Source of the DNA: Candidatus Onthoplasma sp.
GTDB taxonomy: Bacteria; Bacillota; Clostridia; Christensenellales; UBA1242
Length of the DNA stretch: 64,000 nucleotides
NCBI GenBank assembly: GCA_045578345.1
Contig: JAZNKB010000007.1
Coordinates: 85,150 to 149,149 of the forward strand
Reading direction: 5' to 3'
The notes beneath the pieces are model-generated. The model made no database searches and had not been told where the DNA came from. It saw only the letters and a program-made list of their open reading frames with translations. A program made the position numbers and the translations under genes. This document shows, in pieces, positions 1 through 9,257 of this stretch (within the stretch, counting starts at the first letter, position 1; every line of letters begins with the position of its first letter).

Positions 1-459
1 ATTTTTTCAGAAAATAGTGATATTATGATTTTGGTTGACAAATATTCGCAAATTTCAAAAGAAGAGGTTTTCAACAAACTTAAAGAAAGAGACATTGATT
101 ATCATTTGGTTTCATTTTTAAGTCATAAAACTCAATCTTACAATCAAAATACGCCTGAACTATGGTTTGCAAGAAACATTAAAGTGTTCAAGAGTGCCTG
201 CGAAGACACAAAATCAAAAACAGACGATTTAACATATGTGTTTAAAAGAAATGTTGAGTCGGAATTAAATTTTGAATTCTTAACAAATAGTCTTAACGTT
301 ACAACATTTGCAGGAAAGATTGTTTTTTCAGGTTTTGTTAAGTTTGCAGATAAAACTGTTTTAATAACAATTTCAAACAACACTAAAGGAAAATACGAAA
401 AAATTGAAGAGATTTTAAATTCTTATGGTTTCACTGAAACTAACGGTCGCACAATTTAG
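1..459 (+). CDS. hypothetical protein, possibly 5'-truncated by the window edge
   Basis: ORF track 25..459. The same frame is open back to nt 1. A hairpin terminator overlaps the stop codon. No family recognised. Confidence 0.5.
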   Translation: MFSENSDIMILVDKYSQISKEEVFNKLKERDIDYHLVSFLSHKTQSYNQNTPELWFARNIKVFKSACEDTKSKTDDLTYVFKRNVESELNFEFLTNSLNVTTFAGKIVFSGFVKFADKTVLITISNNTKGKYEKIEEILNSYGFTETNGRTI

Positions 460-475
460 CGACCTTTTTCTTTTT
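445..475 (+). terminator. intrinsic terminator
   Basis: GGTCGC (445-450) / GCGACC (459-464) stem followed by a T-run. Confidence 0.75.
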
Positions 476-493
476 AAATATTTATATTTAAGA

Positions 494-522
494 TTGACTT
501 TTTGTTATGTTGTTGATATACT
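494..522 (+). promoter_or_regulatory. sigma-A type promoter upstream of lysS
   Basis: TTGACT (494-499), 17-nt spacer, TATACT (517-522). Confidence 0.7.
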
Positions 523-609
523 TGAAGATAATATGGGATTCTTTCACAACTTTTAATGGCAAAGTTTATTGTATTATTTCGTTGTGATTAATCAGTATAA
601 GGAGAAAAA

Positions 610-2142
610 ATGGAAAATGTAAATTTAAGTGAATTTGACATTAAAGTTGAAAAAATCAAAAAGTTGGAAGAAATGGGTGAAAAGGCTTATAAAGCAAAAT
701 TTAACAAAACTCATGAAATTCACGACCTTGAAAAATATGAATTAGGAACAAAAGTCAGTGTTGCTGGACGTATGACTTTTAAGCGTACTTTTGGTAAACT
801 TATTTTTGCGCGTCTTTATGCGATTGGTGATAATTTCAATTGTAATTTAAGTGAAGACATTAGAACAAGTGTTCAAATCAGTTTGTCGCTCAATGTTGTT
901 GGAGATATTGCTCTTCAAAAGTTTAAAGACTTCTGCGACATTGGAGATTTTGTAGGAGTACATGGTGAACTTGTTAGAACTCAAACAGGAGAACTTACAG
1001 TTCAAGTTGAAACTTTTGAACTTTTATCTAAAGCACTTCGTGGTCTTCCTGAAAAATTCCATGGACTTGTGGATATTGACACAAGATATCGTCAAAGATA
1101 TTTGGATATAATTTCAAACGAAAGTTCAAGAAAAGTTTTCATTGCAAGAAGCAGAGCTGTTTCTTTTGTTAGACGTTATTTGGAAGATAATGGCTTTATT
1201 GAAGTTGAAACTCCTGTTTTGCAAACAGCTGTAAGTGGTGCAAGTGCAAAACCTTTCTTCACTCATCACAACGCCTTGGACTTAGATTGTAATTTAAGAA
1301 TTGCTTTTGAAACATGGCTTAAAATGGTTGTTGCAGGTGGATTTGACAAAGTTTTCGAACTTGGAAAAGACTTCAGAAATGAAGGTATGGATCCAACTCA
1401 CTTGCAAGAATTCACTCAAGTTGAATGGTATGCTGGCTACTGGGACTTTGAAGACAATGTTAGGTTCTTTAAAAAGTTTATCAAAGAATTAATGCTCCAC
1501 ACAATTGGAACAACAAAAATCACAGTTGCAGGTAACGAAATTGATTTTGGTAATGAGAACTGGGAAAGAATAAACTATATTGAAAAAATGAGAGAACTTT
1601 TAGGTTTTGATTTCTTAGATATTGAAGATTACAATATTTTGGCAGATAAAATTGCTGAAAGTGGAAAGTTAACACGCGATGAACTTGAAGGCTATAATTC
1701 TTGTCGTGCAATTATTGACTATGCATATAAAAAACTCATCAGAAAAAATATTGTTGGACCAACAATTTTATATAACTATCCTGCATTCTTGAAAACTTTG
1801 GCAAGAAGAAATGATAACGACAATAGAGTTACAGATGTGTTCCAAGTTGTTGTTAATGGTGCTGAAATTTTGAATGCTTATAGCGAATTGGTTGATCCAA
1901 TCGAACAAAGAAAAGCTCTTGTTGCACAGCTTAAAGACAAAGAAATGGGCGACGATGAAACAATGGATGTTGATGAAGATTTCTTGCTTGCGATGGAACA
2001 TGGAATGCCTCCAATGTCTGGTTTGGGTTTCGGAATTGATAGATTTATTATGATGATTTTCGATTTGCCAAATATTAGAGATGGTGTGTTATTCCCAATC
2101 ACAAAACCATTGGATAACGAAAAGGAAGAAAATGAAGATTAG
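610..2142 (+). CDS. lysS: lysine--tRNA ligase, class II
   Basis: N-terminal OB anticodon-binding region. Class II core motifs FRNEGMDPTHLQEFTQVEWY and GFGIDRFIMM. RBS AAGGAG upstream. Confidence 0.93.
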   Translation: MENVNLSEFDIKVEKIKKLEEMGEKAYKAKFNKTHEIHDLEKYELGTKVSVAGRMTFKRTFGKLIFARLYAIGDNFNCNLSEDIRTSVQISLSLNVVGDIALQKFKDFCDIGDFVGVHGELVRTQTGELTVQVETFELLSKALRGLPEKFHGLVDIDTRYRQRYLDIISNESSRKVFIARSRAVSFVRRYLEDNGFIEVETPVLQTAVSGASAKPFFTHHNALDLDCNLRIAFETWLKMVVAGGFDKVFELGKDFRNEGMDPTHLQEFTQVEWYAGYWDFEDNVRFFKKFIKELMLHTIGTTKITVAGNEIDFGNENWERINYIEKMRELLGFDFLDIEDYNILADKIAESGKLTRDELEGYNSCRAIIDYAYKKLIRKNIVGPTILYNYPAFLKTLARRNDNDNRVTDVFQVVVNGAEILNAYSELVDPIEQRKALVAQLKDKEMGDDETMDVDEDFLLAMEHGMPPMSGLGFGIDRFIMMIFDLPNIRDGVLFPITKPLDNEKEENED

Positions 2143-3163
2143 TATTTTAGGAACAGGTAGATGGGCATCAAACCTTGCTGGACTTTGCTTAAAAAATGGC
2201 CATGAAGTTAAATCATATGAAAAGGTGTTTTCAAACATTCCAGAAAGCGATTTCTTTAAAACGGGAAAAAATAAATACATTGATTTGTCAGAATTTGTGA
2301 AAGATAAAAAATTAAGTTTCACACACGATTTAACCGAAGCAATTGGTTATAGTGACTATATTATTATTTCAATCTTAAGCCAAAAACTAGATGAGTTTAT
2401 GCAAGAAATTAAAATGGTTAACGGTTTTAACCTTAAGAATTATTGTCTTGCAATGAAAGGTGTTGAAGCAACAACAGGAAGAACACTTAGTGAAATTTTG
2501 CGTGATAATGGTGTTTGGAAAAACAACATTGTTGCGCTTGCAGGCCCTGGGCATGTTCAATCAATCAGTGCAGGAAAGAAAACTCACATGGTGGTTGCAG
2601 GTTATGAAAAAACTCTTGCGGAAACATTCAAAAACATTTTAAGCAACGATTCATTTATGCTTTTTGCAAACCCTGACGTTTTGGGGGTTGAAGTGTGTGC
2701 TGCTGCAAAAAATGTTTATGGAGCAATGGCTGGAATATGTGTTGGATCAGAAAACGACACTTTGCGTGGAAGTTTGATGTGTGCAAGTCTTGCCGAAATG
2801 GAAAAATATCTTGACGCAATGCAATGTGTTGCAAAAACTGCAAGAAGACTACCTCTTTTGGGTGATTATGATGCAACAATGTATGATAGAAATAGTCACA
2901 ACTTAAATTATGGAATTGAAGTGATTAAACAAAACACAACAGAACCAGTTTTAAGTTTTGTTTCAGTTGAAGGAAAAGAAGCAGTGAATGGACTTTTGAA
3001 AAGATTAAACAATTACAATAATAGAGTTAGTGATTCAATGCAACTTAAAGCACCATTGCTTAGTGCATATCGTGATATTGTTCAAGGAATTGTTGTGCCT
3101 CAAAATGCGGTTAATCATATTGAAAAAGCAATTTCTGAAGTTTATGGAATGGACGAATTTTAA
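2132..3163 (+). CDS. gpsA: NAD(P)H-dependent glycerol-3-phosphate dehydrogenase-like
   Basis: MKISILGTGRWASNLA Rossmann N-terminus and GVEVCAAAKNVYGAMAGI motif. Start moved to the ATG at 2132, behind AAGGAAG; it overlaps the lysS stop by 11 nt. Confidence 0.8.
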   Translation: MKISILGTGRWASNLAGLCLKNGHEVKSYEKVFSNIPESDFFKTGKNKYIDLSEFVKDKKLSFTHDLTEAIGYSDYIIISILSQKLDEFMQEIKMVNGFNLKNYCLAMKGVEATTGRTLSEILRDNGVWKNNIVALAGPGHVQSISAGKKTHMVVAGYEKTLAETFKNILSNDSFMLFANPDVLGVEVCAAAKNVYGAMAGICVGSENDTLRGSLMCASLAEMEKYLDAMQCVAKTARRLPLLGDYDATMYDRNSHNLNYGIEVIKQNTTEPVLSFVSVEGKEAVNGLLKRLNNYNNRVSDSMQLKAPLLSAYRDIVQGIVVPQNAVNHIEKAISEVYGMDEF

Positions 3164-3188
3164 AAAGACGAAATTTTCGTCTTTTTTC
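3162..3188 (+). terminator. intrinsic terminator
   Basis: AAAAGACGAA / TTCGTCTTTT stem with a 4-nt loop and a T-run. Confidence 0.85.
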
Positions 3189-3271
3189 TTGTTGGCTTTA
3201 TAACACAATTTCAATCCGACAAGTTTTAAGATATTTCTTTTTGTTGTTCGAAAATTTTCAATTTAAAATAT

Positions 3272-3301
3272 TTGACAACAAAAATATTCAAATGCTATCA
3301 T
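3272..3301 (+). promoter_or_regulatory. sigma-A type promoter with extended -10
   Basis: TTGACA (3272-3277), 18-nt spacer, TGcTATCAT (-10 at 3296-3301). Confidence 0.6.
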
Positions 3302-3343
3302 ATTAATAATGAAAATGTTTCATAATATATATGAGGAGGTGTT

Positions 3344-4210
3344 ATGATGAAAAGATTTTTAACATTTATGCTTGGAATTTGTTTAATTATTCCTTGCGCA
3401 TTTATGTTCTCGGCATGTGGAGATAAAAAAGACAGCGATGATGAGATTTGGGACGGATCACATGTTGCCGTTTCAGAAGCAGAGAATGGGGTTATAGTTA
3501 TTGACACAGCAGAAGAATTAGCCGGACTTGCAAAATCAGTTAATTCTGGTAACGATTATGAAGGAATAACAATCAAACTCGCAAGAGATATCGACTTGGC
3601 AAACAAAGAATGGACACCAATTGGTTATGGAATGTCAAACTATATGGGTGAAATTGAATCAGGCTATCAATTCAGAGGGATTTTTGATGGTCAAAACCAT
3701 ACAATTGACAATTTAAAAATCACAACATTCAATCGCGGTGGACTTGTTCAAGGAACATCTGCTGGTGTTGGATTGTTTGGTCAAATTTATCAAGCAGAAG
3801 TTAAAAATTTAAATGTTGAAGATGCAAACGTTAAAGGAAATCATTACGTTGGAGCAATTGTAGGTTTTAGTGTTGATTCAAACATCACAAACTGCCACGT
3901 TGATGATGCAATAATTGATTGTGTATATTCAAACGCTGACGAAAGTGGAGATAAGGCAGGTGCTGTTGTTGGTCACTTCGCAAAAGGTATTTATAATGCA
4001 AGCGTTGCAACAATTTTAAATTGTTCTGCGGAAGATTGTATTGTAAAAGCAGATCGTGATGCTGGACAAGTGATTGGATGTTTAAGTAATGGTGCAACAA
4101 ACACTGATAACACAGCTGAGGAAGTTACTGTTTCTTGGAATCAATCAGGTTCAACACCAGGAAAATCTAACACAAACATCAATAACACAGTTGTTGGAAG
4201 AATTTCTTAA
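3344..4210 (+). CDS. secreted lipoprotein with GLUG-type repeats
   Basis: Signal peptide with lipobox FMFSAC. Repeated GVGLFG / VGAIVG motifs separated by I-N-C strands, typical of GLUG beta-helix repeats. RBS GAGGAGG. Confidence 0.7.
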   Translation: MMKRFLTFMLGICLIIPCAFMFSACGDKKDSDDEIWDGSHVAVSEAENGVIVIDTAEELAGLAKSVNSGNDYEGITIKLARDIDLANKEWTPIGYGMSNYMGEIESGYQFRGIFDGQNHTIDNLKITTFNRGGLVQGTSAGVGLFGQIYQAEVKNLNVEDANVKGNHYVGAIVGFSVDSNITNCHVDDAIIDCVYSNADESGDKAGAVVGHFAKGIYNASVATILNCSAEDCIVKADRDAGQVIGCLSNGATNTDNTAEEVTVSWNQSGSTPGKSNTNINNTVVGRIS

Positions 4211-4220
4211 TCGGAAAAAC

Positions 4221-4247
4221 AAAAAAAGGACACTATGTCCTTTTTTT
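4221..4247. terminator. bidirectional intrinsic terminator
   Basis: A7-GGACA-cta-TGTCC-T7 between convergent genes. Confidence 0.85.
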
Positions 4248-5748
4248 AACGTTTGATGATAACTTTTTCACCGCCGTTCATAACAAGAGGTAAGTCTTTA
4301 TTGTATTTTGATAAATCGTTCGGTGAAATTTTAATGCGTTTGCAAAGATCCCATGTTGTTTCGTTTGGTTTTGCAATGAAAATCTGGAAATCGTATTTTG
4401 AAAAATCCAATTGTTTTCCGATTGTAAAATTATCAATCATTTCATGGATTTCTTTTTCGTAAATAGTCAATGTTAGAAAAATGGAATATTCTGTTTCGAT
4501 TATTGTTCCGCGTTTAACTTTAATTTTGCTGTCAACAACTGAAATTTCGTTGTGGACACAATCCAATGTTTCGGCTTCGATTTTTGTGTTTACTATGAAA
4601 GGAACTTCTAGTCGTTTGTTTTTAAGTTCTTTATTTTCATCAATATAAATTAAATTGGACGAAATAATTCCTTCAAGGTAAATTGTTTTATCTTTTATGT
4701 ATGTGTTAGTTATTTCCTCTGATATATTTAAGTTTGAAACAATCTCATCAATTGCGGGTTCTTCACTTGTTAAGCTTGTTTCATTTGAAATGATTTCGCT
4801 AACATTGTGTTGATGTGTGTTTTTTGTGCATTCACGTTTTGATGAATTTGTTTCAATTTCATTGTCAATGCTGTATAAGTCGTCAACAATTTCCATTGAA
4901 ACAGGTTTCAAAACCACACCATTCACCAAAATGCTATTTTTGATGGTTATAACACTTAAGTTGTCTTCCAATTCAGTTTGAATTTCCTCACAAGATTTAT
5001 TCACAACAAAAGATAAGTCAAGATTGTGGTCTTTGTTTACTCCGTTCATTTCAACATCGCATTTAACATTAAAAACATCTTTAAGTTCCTTAATTGTTTT
5101 CTCATCATCTTTTATTGTTTCGTAAAGTAGGCAGGTTGTTATTTTACCTTCAACAACTGAAAATCCATCATTTGGCAAAACTTTTTCTGCATTAAAATAT
5201 GAATTACAACAAAGAATTTTGCTAATTTCATCTTTTGTTTCCAAACTTGTTGTGTGATCAAACATTGTGTTAACAAAGCAACATATTGAGTTTGCCAAGA
5301 ATTCACTTTTCTTTGAAATAATTGAATCCTGAAGATTAAGTGTTGGAGTGATTGCCAAATTTAAATAGGCAACTGGAGTAATGCTTGCTTCACAACTTAT
5401 TTTAAGAACACCTTCGGTTGATAAAATGTTATTAACAATCGTTGGATTTATTAAGTTTAAAAAAGTATCGCTTGTGATTGAACTATCTAAATAGGTTTCG
5501 CTGAAATTTGTACTGTCCGACAATGTGCTTGTCATGTTGTCCGTGTCAATATATAAAACTTTAACGCCAATTTTTCCGCTTACAATTGCTTTCCCATTTC
5601 CACACTCAACTTTTAAATCGAACATATAAGTGTTAACATCAATAATCGTTTTGATGGATGCGTTTGCGTCAATTGGAACACTTAAACCAGATGTAAAGTT
5701 TAGTTTATTTAAGTTCTTGATGTGGGCAATTTTAATGTTTTCTTCCAT
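4246..5748 (-). CDS. DUF3794-repeat protein with C-terminal LysM domain (spore-envelope-type architecture)
   Basis: C-terminus TWDLCKRIKISPNDLSKYNKDLPLVMNGGEKVIIKR fits LysM. The body resembles repeated DUF3794/SPOCS modules, called from memory. RBS GGAGGA. Confidence 0.65.
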   Translation of the reverse strand: MEENIKIAHIKNLNKLNFTSGLSVPIDANASIKTIIDVNTYMFDLKVECGNGKAIVSGKIGVKVLYIDTDNMTSTLSDSTNFSETYLDSSITSDTFLNLINPTIVNNILSTEGVLKISCEASITPVAYLNLAITPTLNLQDSIISKKSEFLANSICCFVNTMFDHTTSLETKDEISKILCCNSYFNAEKVLPNDGFSVVEGKITTCLLYETIKDDEKTIKELKDVFNVKCDVEMNGVNKDHNLDLSFVVNKSCEEIQTELEDNLSVITIKNSILVNGVVLKPVSMEIVDDLYSIDNEIETNSSKRECTKNTHQHNVSEIISNETSLTSEEPAIDEIVSNLNISEEITNTYIKDKTIYLEGIISSNLIYIDENKELKNKRLEVPFIVNTKIEAETLDCVHNEISVVDSKIKVKRGTIIETEYSIFLTLTIYEKEIHEMIDNFTIGKQLDFSKYDFQIFIAKPNETTWDLCKRIKISPNDLSKYNKDLPLVMNGGEKVIIKR

Positions 5749-5962
5749 AAATTCCTCCTGTCTTAAATAATGTATTTTAATTTGTTTGCGAATATGCTAT
5801 TTAAGTTAAAATTTGTGAAACTTGATGATGTTTTAAATTTTAAAATAACAAATTTGAGCAGTTTTTTATTTGATTAAATTCGCCGTATTTAATATTTTTA
5901 ATACTAGAAAAATGATAATATTTCAAAATATTTTTCAATTTTACTTTTAACTGCATTTTCTT

Positions 5963-5969
5963 TTCGACA
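5963..5969 (-). promoter_or_regulatory. perfect Spo0A box (TGTCGAA on the minus strand) upstream of spo0A
   Basis: The plus strand reads TTCGACA, about 185 nt upstream of the spo0A ATG. A 7-mer match alone is weak evidence. Confidence 0.35.
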
Positions 5970-6150
5970 AAATTGTTATGTCTATTCACAAAAATGCTAA
6001 AAATAAGCAATAAATTTGATATTTTTTTTATCTAACATTCAATCTTTTTTGTTATTATAGACTTGTTTTCGAAAATACAAAAAAACAAAAAAAAAGAAAA
6101 ATTATTAAAAACAAAAACATAATTTTTTAAATTAAAAGGGGAAGTTAAAA

Positions 6151-6897
6151 ATGGTGAAAACAAAATTAATTCTTGCAGATGAAAACAAAAATATGATTGA
6201 TGAAATGGTAAAGAGTTTTACGGATGATAAATTTGAAGTGGTTGCAACAACAAGCAATGGTGAAGAACTTGTTCAATTAATCAACACACAAAATCCAGAT
6301 GTTGTTGTAATGGATATAGTTTTACAACAATGTGATGGTTTCAAGGTTTTGGAACAAATTAATAACAAAACAGCTGTGGTTGTTCAGTCTTCTCTTTCTA
6401 TGGATGGATTTATAAACAAAGCAATCAGTTTAGGTGCGAAATATTATTGCATAAAACCATTCAACATTGATACTTTAAAAGAAAGAATTGAAGATTTATT
6501 AAATCCACCTTCCACACAATCTGGAACATTTTTTAATGCAAAGGCAAATAATCAAATTGAAGAAAAAATTACAAATATTTTTATAACGGTTGGAATTCCT
6601 GCTCATATTAAGGGGTATCAATTTTTGCGCGAAGCAATAAAACTTGCAATAGCAAATCCTGAAATAATCAATTCAATCACCAAGAAACTCTATCCAACAA
6701 TTGCGGAAAAATATGACACAAGCGCATCAAAGGTTGAACGTGCAATTCGCCATGCAATTGAAGTTGCTTGGAACAGGGGTAAAATTGAAAATATAAACAA
6801 TTTATTTGGAATAAAAGTTTATTCTTCAAATGAAAAACCTACCAATGGAGAGTTCATTGCTCTTGTTGCGGATAAAATGCTTATTGAAGGAGCATAA
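6151..6897 (+). CDS. spo0A: sporulation master regulator Spo0A
   Basis: Receiver domain (VVVMDIVLQQCDGF) plus Spo0A-specific C-terminal domain with signature SKVERAIRHAIEVAW. Confidence 0.95.
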   Translation: MVKTKLILADENKNMIDEMVKSFTDDKFEVVATTSNGEELVQLINTQNPDVVVMDIVLQQCDGFKVLEQINNKTAVVVQSSLSMDGFINKAISLGAKYYCIKPFNIDTLKERIEDLLNPPSTQSGTFFNAKANNQIEEKITNIFITVGIPAHIKGYQFLREAIKLAIANPEIINSITKKLYPTIAEKYDTSASKVERAIRHAIEVAWNRGKIENINNLFGIKVYSSNEKPTNGEFIALVADKMLIEGA

Positions 6898-6924
6898 AAA
6901 GTTTTTAAAAGTTTTGAAAAATAG

Positions 6925-6953
6925 TAGACTTTTTAACATCATATTACTATAAT
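6925..6953 (+). promoter_or_regulatory. sigma-A type promoter
   Basis: TAGACT (6925-6930), 17-nt spacer, TATAAT (6948-6953). Confidence 0.65.
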
Positions 6954-6982
6954 GTAATAAGTTAAATGGAGGGAAGCATTTT

Positions 6983-7495
6983 ATGGCAAAGTCTACTAAA
7001 CCAGTATGGATTTTATGTCCACGTTGCGAATTGAACTACATTAAGAAGGCAGATCAATATTGTAATGTCTGCAAAAAAGAAATGAAACTTATTGAAGCAA
7101 GCGATGATGATATTGGAGATTTGGAATTATGTCCAATTTGTAAAATCAACTTTGTTCAAAGTGATGAAGAAATCTGTGAAAGTTGCCGTCAAGAATTGGG
7201 AATTAATCCAAGCGAAGAGGCGGAAGATAAGGAAATCTCCGATTGGCACAAATATATTGCCGATGATGACGACGATGAAGATGACGATGAAGACGACGAT
7301 GTTCAAACATACGACGAAGATGATGAAGACACAACTGGCATTGTTGATGAATTTGATTTCGGCGAAGACTTGGAAAAAGATTTAGAAGACGACGAAGATG
7401 AAGACGACGAAGATGACGACGATGATTTTGACCTTGACGGAATTGATGACGACGAAGATGATGAAGACGATGAAGATGAGGATGATGATATCTAA
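6983..7495 (+). CDS. double CxxC zinc-ribbon protein with ~100-aa poly-Asp/Glu tail
   Basis: CPRC..CNVC and CPIC..CESC pairs, then an almost pure D/E C-terminus. RBS GGAGGGA. Confidence 0.75.
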   Translation: MAKSTKPVWILCPRCELNYIKKADQYCNVCKKEMKLIEASDDDIGDLELCPICKINFVQSDEEICESCRQELGINPSEEAEDKEISDWHKYIADDDDDEDDDEDDDVQTYDEDDEDTTGIVDEFDFGEDLEKDLEDDEDEDDEDDDDDFDLDGIDDDEDDEDDEDEDDDI

Positions 7496-7508
7496 CATAA
7501 ATTTAAAG

Positions 7509-7530
7509 ACGGGAGTTTCCCGTTTTTTTA
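7509..7530 (+). terminator. intrinsic terminator
   Basis: ACGGGA-gtt-TCCCGT followed by T7. Confidence 0.8.
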
Positions 7531-7650
7531 TAATGATATTTGTATAATTTTGTTTTCTTTTGTAGGTGGGGATTAAAACTGAAAGTTTAACTAAAAATAG
7601 TTGTAGGTGGATTGTGTTTAAATCGCAAACAACTATTGGAGGAAATAACA

Positions 7651-7890
7651 TTGAAAAAAATGCCTAACACTGTTGAAAATATAAAACAAAAGATTATGGA
7701 ACTTAAAGGGAAGGAAGTTAATCTTCACATTAATCGTGGAAGAAGAAAAGTTAGTAGTTACAGAGCAAGAATAGAAGATGTTTATGCGAGTGTTTTTACA
7801 GTTAAATCTTGCCCTTTGGACTTAGGTTCGATTTTCACCTACTCGTATAATGACATTCTTTGCGGCGAGGTTAAAATTTCAAACGATTAA
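7651..7890 (+). CDS. veg: Veg family protein (DUF1021)
   Basis: LHINRGRRKVSSYRARIEDVYASVFTV matches the Veg pattern. A TTG start at 7651 lies 8 nt after GGAGG; the alternative ATG is at 7660. Confidence 0.8.
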   Translation: MKKMPNTVENIKQKIMELKGKEVNLHINRGRRKVSSYRARIEDVYASVFTVKSCPLDLGSIFTYSYNDILCGEVKISND

Positions 7891-7892
7891 AT

Positions 7893-7916
7893 CATGGTTT
7901 CAGCCATGTTTTTTTT
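7893..7916 (+). terminator. weak intrinsic terminator
   Basis: CATGG-6nt-CCATG followed by T8. Confidence 0.5.
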
Positions 7917-7942
7917 GTTGGATGGCTTGTTTGCAATTTGTC

Positions 7943-7971
7943 TTGACTTTTGCGGTTTTTTGCAATATAAT
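7943..7971 (+). promoter_or_regulatory. sigma-A type promoter upstream of hisS
   Basis: TTGACT (7943-7948), 17-nt spacer, TATAAT (7966-7971). Confidence 0.75.
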
Positions 7972-8000
7972 TAAATACAAAAAAAGAAAGGAGTGTTAAA

Positions 8001-9248
8001 ATGAAAAACTTCAGTCCAATTCGTGGGACTAACGATTATATGCCAAAAGAAGCAAAAATTAGAGAGATTGTGCGCCAAAAGATTTTAAGTTGTTATCAAA
8101 ACAATGGTTTCAATCTTATCACAACTCCAATTTTGGAAAATTTAGAACTGCTCAACTTGAGTGATGGTGGCGACAACTTAAAACTTATGTTCAAAACAGT
8201 TAAACGTGGAGATAAGTTAGATTTAACAAAGGAAAACTTATGCGAAGCTGACATAACTGAAGAAGGTCTTCGTTATGATTTAACAGTTCCGCTTGCAAGA
8301 TTTTATGCTAACAATCGCGAAAAACTTCCAATGCCGTTTAAGGCAATTCAGATTGACTATTCTTTTAGGGCAGAACGTCCACAACGCGGAAGATTGCGCC
8401 AATTCACACAATGTGATATTGACGTTTTTGGTGACGATTCAATCAATGCGGAACTTGAGTTGTTAAAAACAGCATTGGAAGCATATAAATCGTTATCTTT
8501 CAATAAATTAACATTAAAAATTAATGATAGAAGAATCTTAAATCAATTAGTATTATTTGCTGGTTTCAAAAATGAAGAACTTGGAACGGTTTGCGTAACA
8601 TTGGACAAGATTGACAAAATAGCAGTTCCTGGTGTTGTTATGGAATTGCTGGATAAAGGGATGGAGGCTGAAAAAATCAACAAACTTACCGAAGCAATTA
8701 ATGATGTTTTGGTTCAAGGAATTGATGCTGTTGTTAAATATGGTGTTGAGCAAAAATATGTTGATGACATGAAATATTTAATTAATAGTCTCAATGTTCT
8801 TACAAACAATCAATTTGACATTAAATTTGACATATCAATTGTGCGTGGTCAAGGATATTACACTGGTCCTGTGTTTGAATTTTACACTGAAGGCTTCTCT
8901 GGAGCAATTGGCGGTGGTGGAAGATATGACAATATGGTTGAAAAAATGGTTGGCATTTCTGTTCCTGCTGTAGGGGCAAGCATTGGCTTCGAACCTATAA
9001 CAATGCTGATAAGAGAACGAGAGGTTACTTTTGATAGCAAAGAAAATTTGGCATTGATTTACGATTTGGAAGATGATATTATTGAAGTTTTCAAAGTTAA
9101 AGAAGAGTTGATGAAAAATTATAACGTTTCATTGTTTAAACGTCCAAAGAATATGAAAACTTTCTATGACAGAATTGGCGAAGTTGCATGTTGTGTGACA
9201 AGTGTCAGAGATGTTAAAGAAGGAAAAGAAATCAAAGTTTTACAATAA
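8001..9248 (+). CDS. hisS: histidine--tRNA ligase
   Basis: RGTNDYMP N-terminus, motif 2 FRAERPQRGRLRQFTQCDIDVFG, motif 3 GGGGRYDNM, and a C-terminal anticodon-binding-like domain. Confidence 0.9.
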   Translation: MKNFSPIRGTNDYMPKEAKIREIVRQKILSCYQNNGFNLITTPILENLELLNLSDGGDNLKLMFKTVKRGDKLDLTKENLCEADITEEGLRYDLTVPLARFYANNREKLPMPFKAIQIDYSFRAERPQRGRLRQFTQCDIDVFGDDSINAELELLKTALEAYKSLSFNKLTLKINDRRILNQLVLFAGFKNEELGTVCVTLDKIDKIAVPGVVMELLDKGMEAEKINKLTEAINDVLVQGIDAVVKYGVEQKYVDDMKYLINSLNVLTNNQFDIKFDISIVRGQGYYTGPVFEFYTEGFSGAIGGGGRYDNMVEKMVGISVPAVGASIGFEPITMLIREREVTFDSKENLALIYDLEDDIIEVFKVKEELMKNYNVSLFKRPKNMKTFYDRIGEVACCVTSVRDVKEGKEIKVLQ

Positions 9249-9257
9249 GGATAATTT

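Noticed and set aside
523-609. Possible T-box or L-box leader ahead of lysS
   Set aside because: Only about 85 nt lie between the -10 and the ATG. There is no T-box sequence or lysine-riboswitch core, just a short TCACAAC/GTTGTGA hairpin.
2081-2131. Upstream start (2081) for the gpsA-like gene
   Set aside because: The extension MVCYSQSQNHWITKRKK overlaps lysS by 62 nt and has no RBS. The ATG at 2132 has AAGGAAG and begins at the Rossmann motif.
7250-7495. Dense GAT/GAC/GAA triplet repetition that looks like a microsatellite or array
   Set aside because: It is in frame with the 6983..7495 ORF and simply encodes the poly-Asp/Glu tail. There is no spacer/repeat organisation. The overlapping ORF 7092..7385 and the antisense ORF 7382..7651 are low-complexity shadows.
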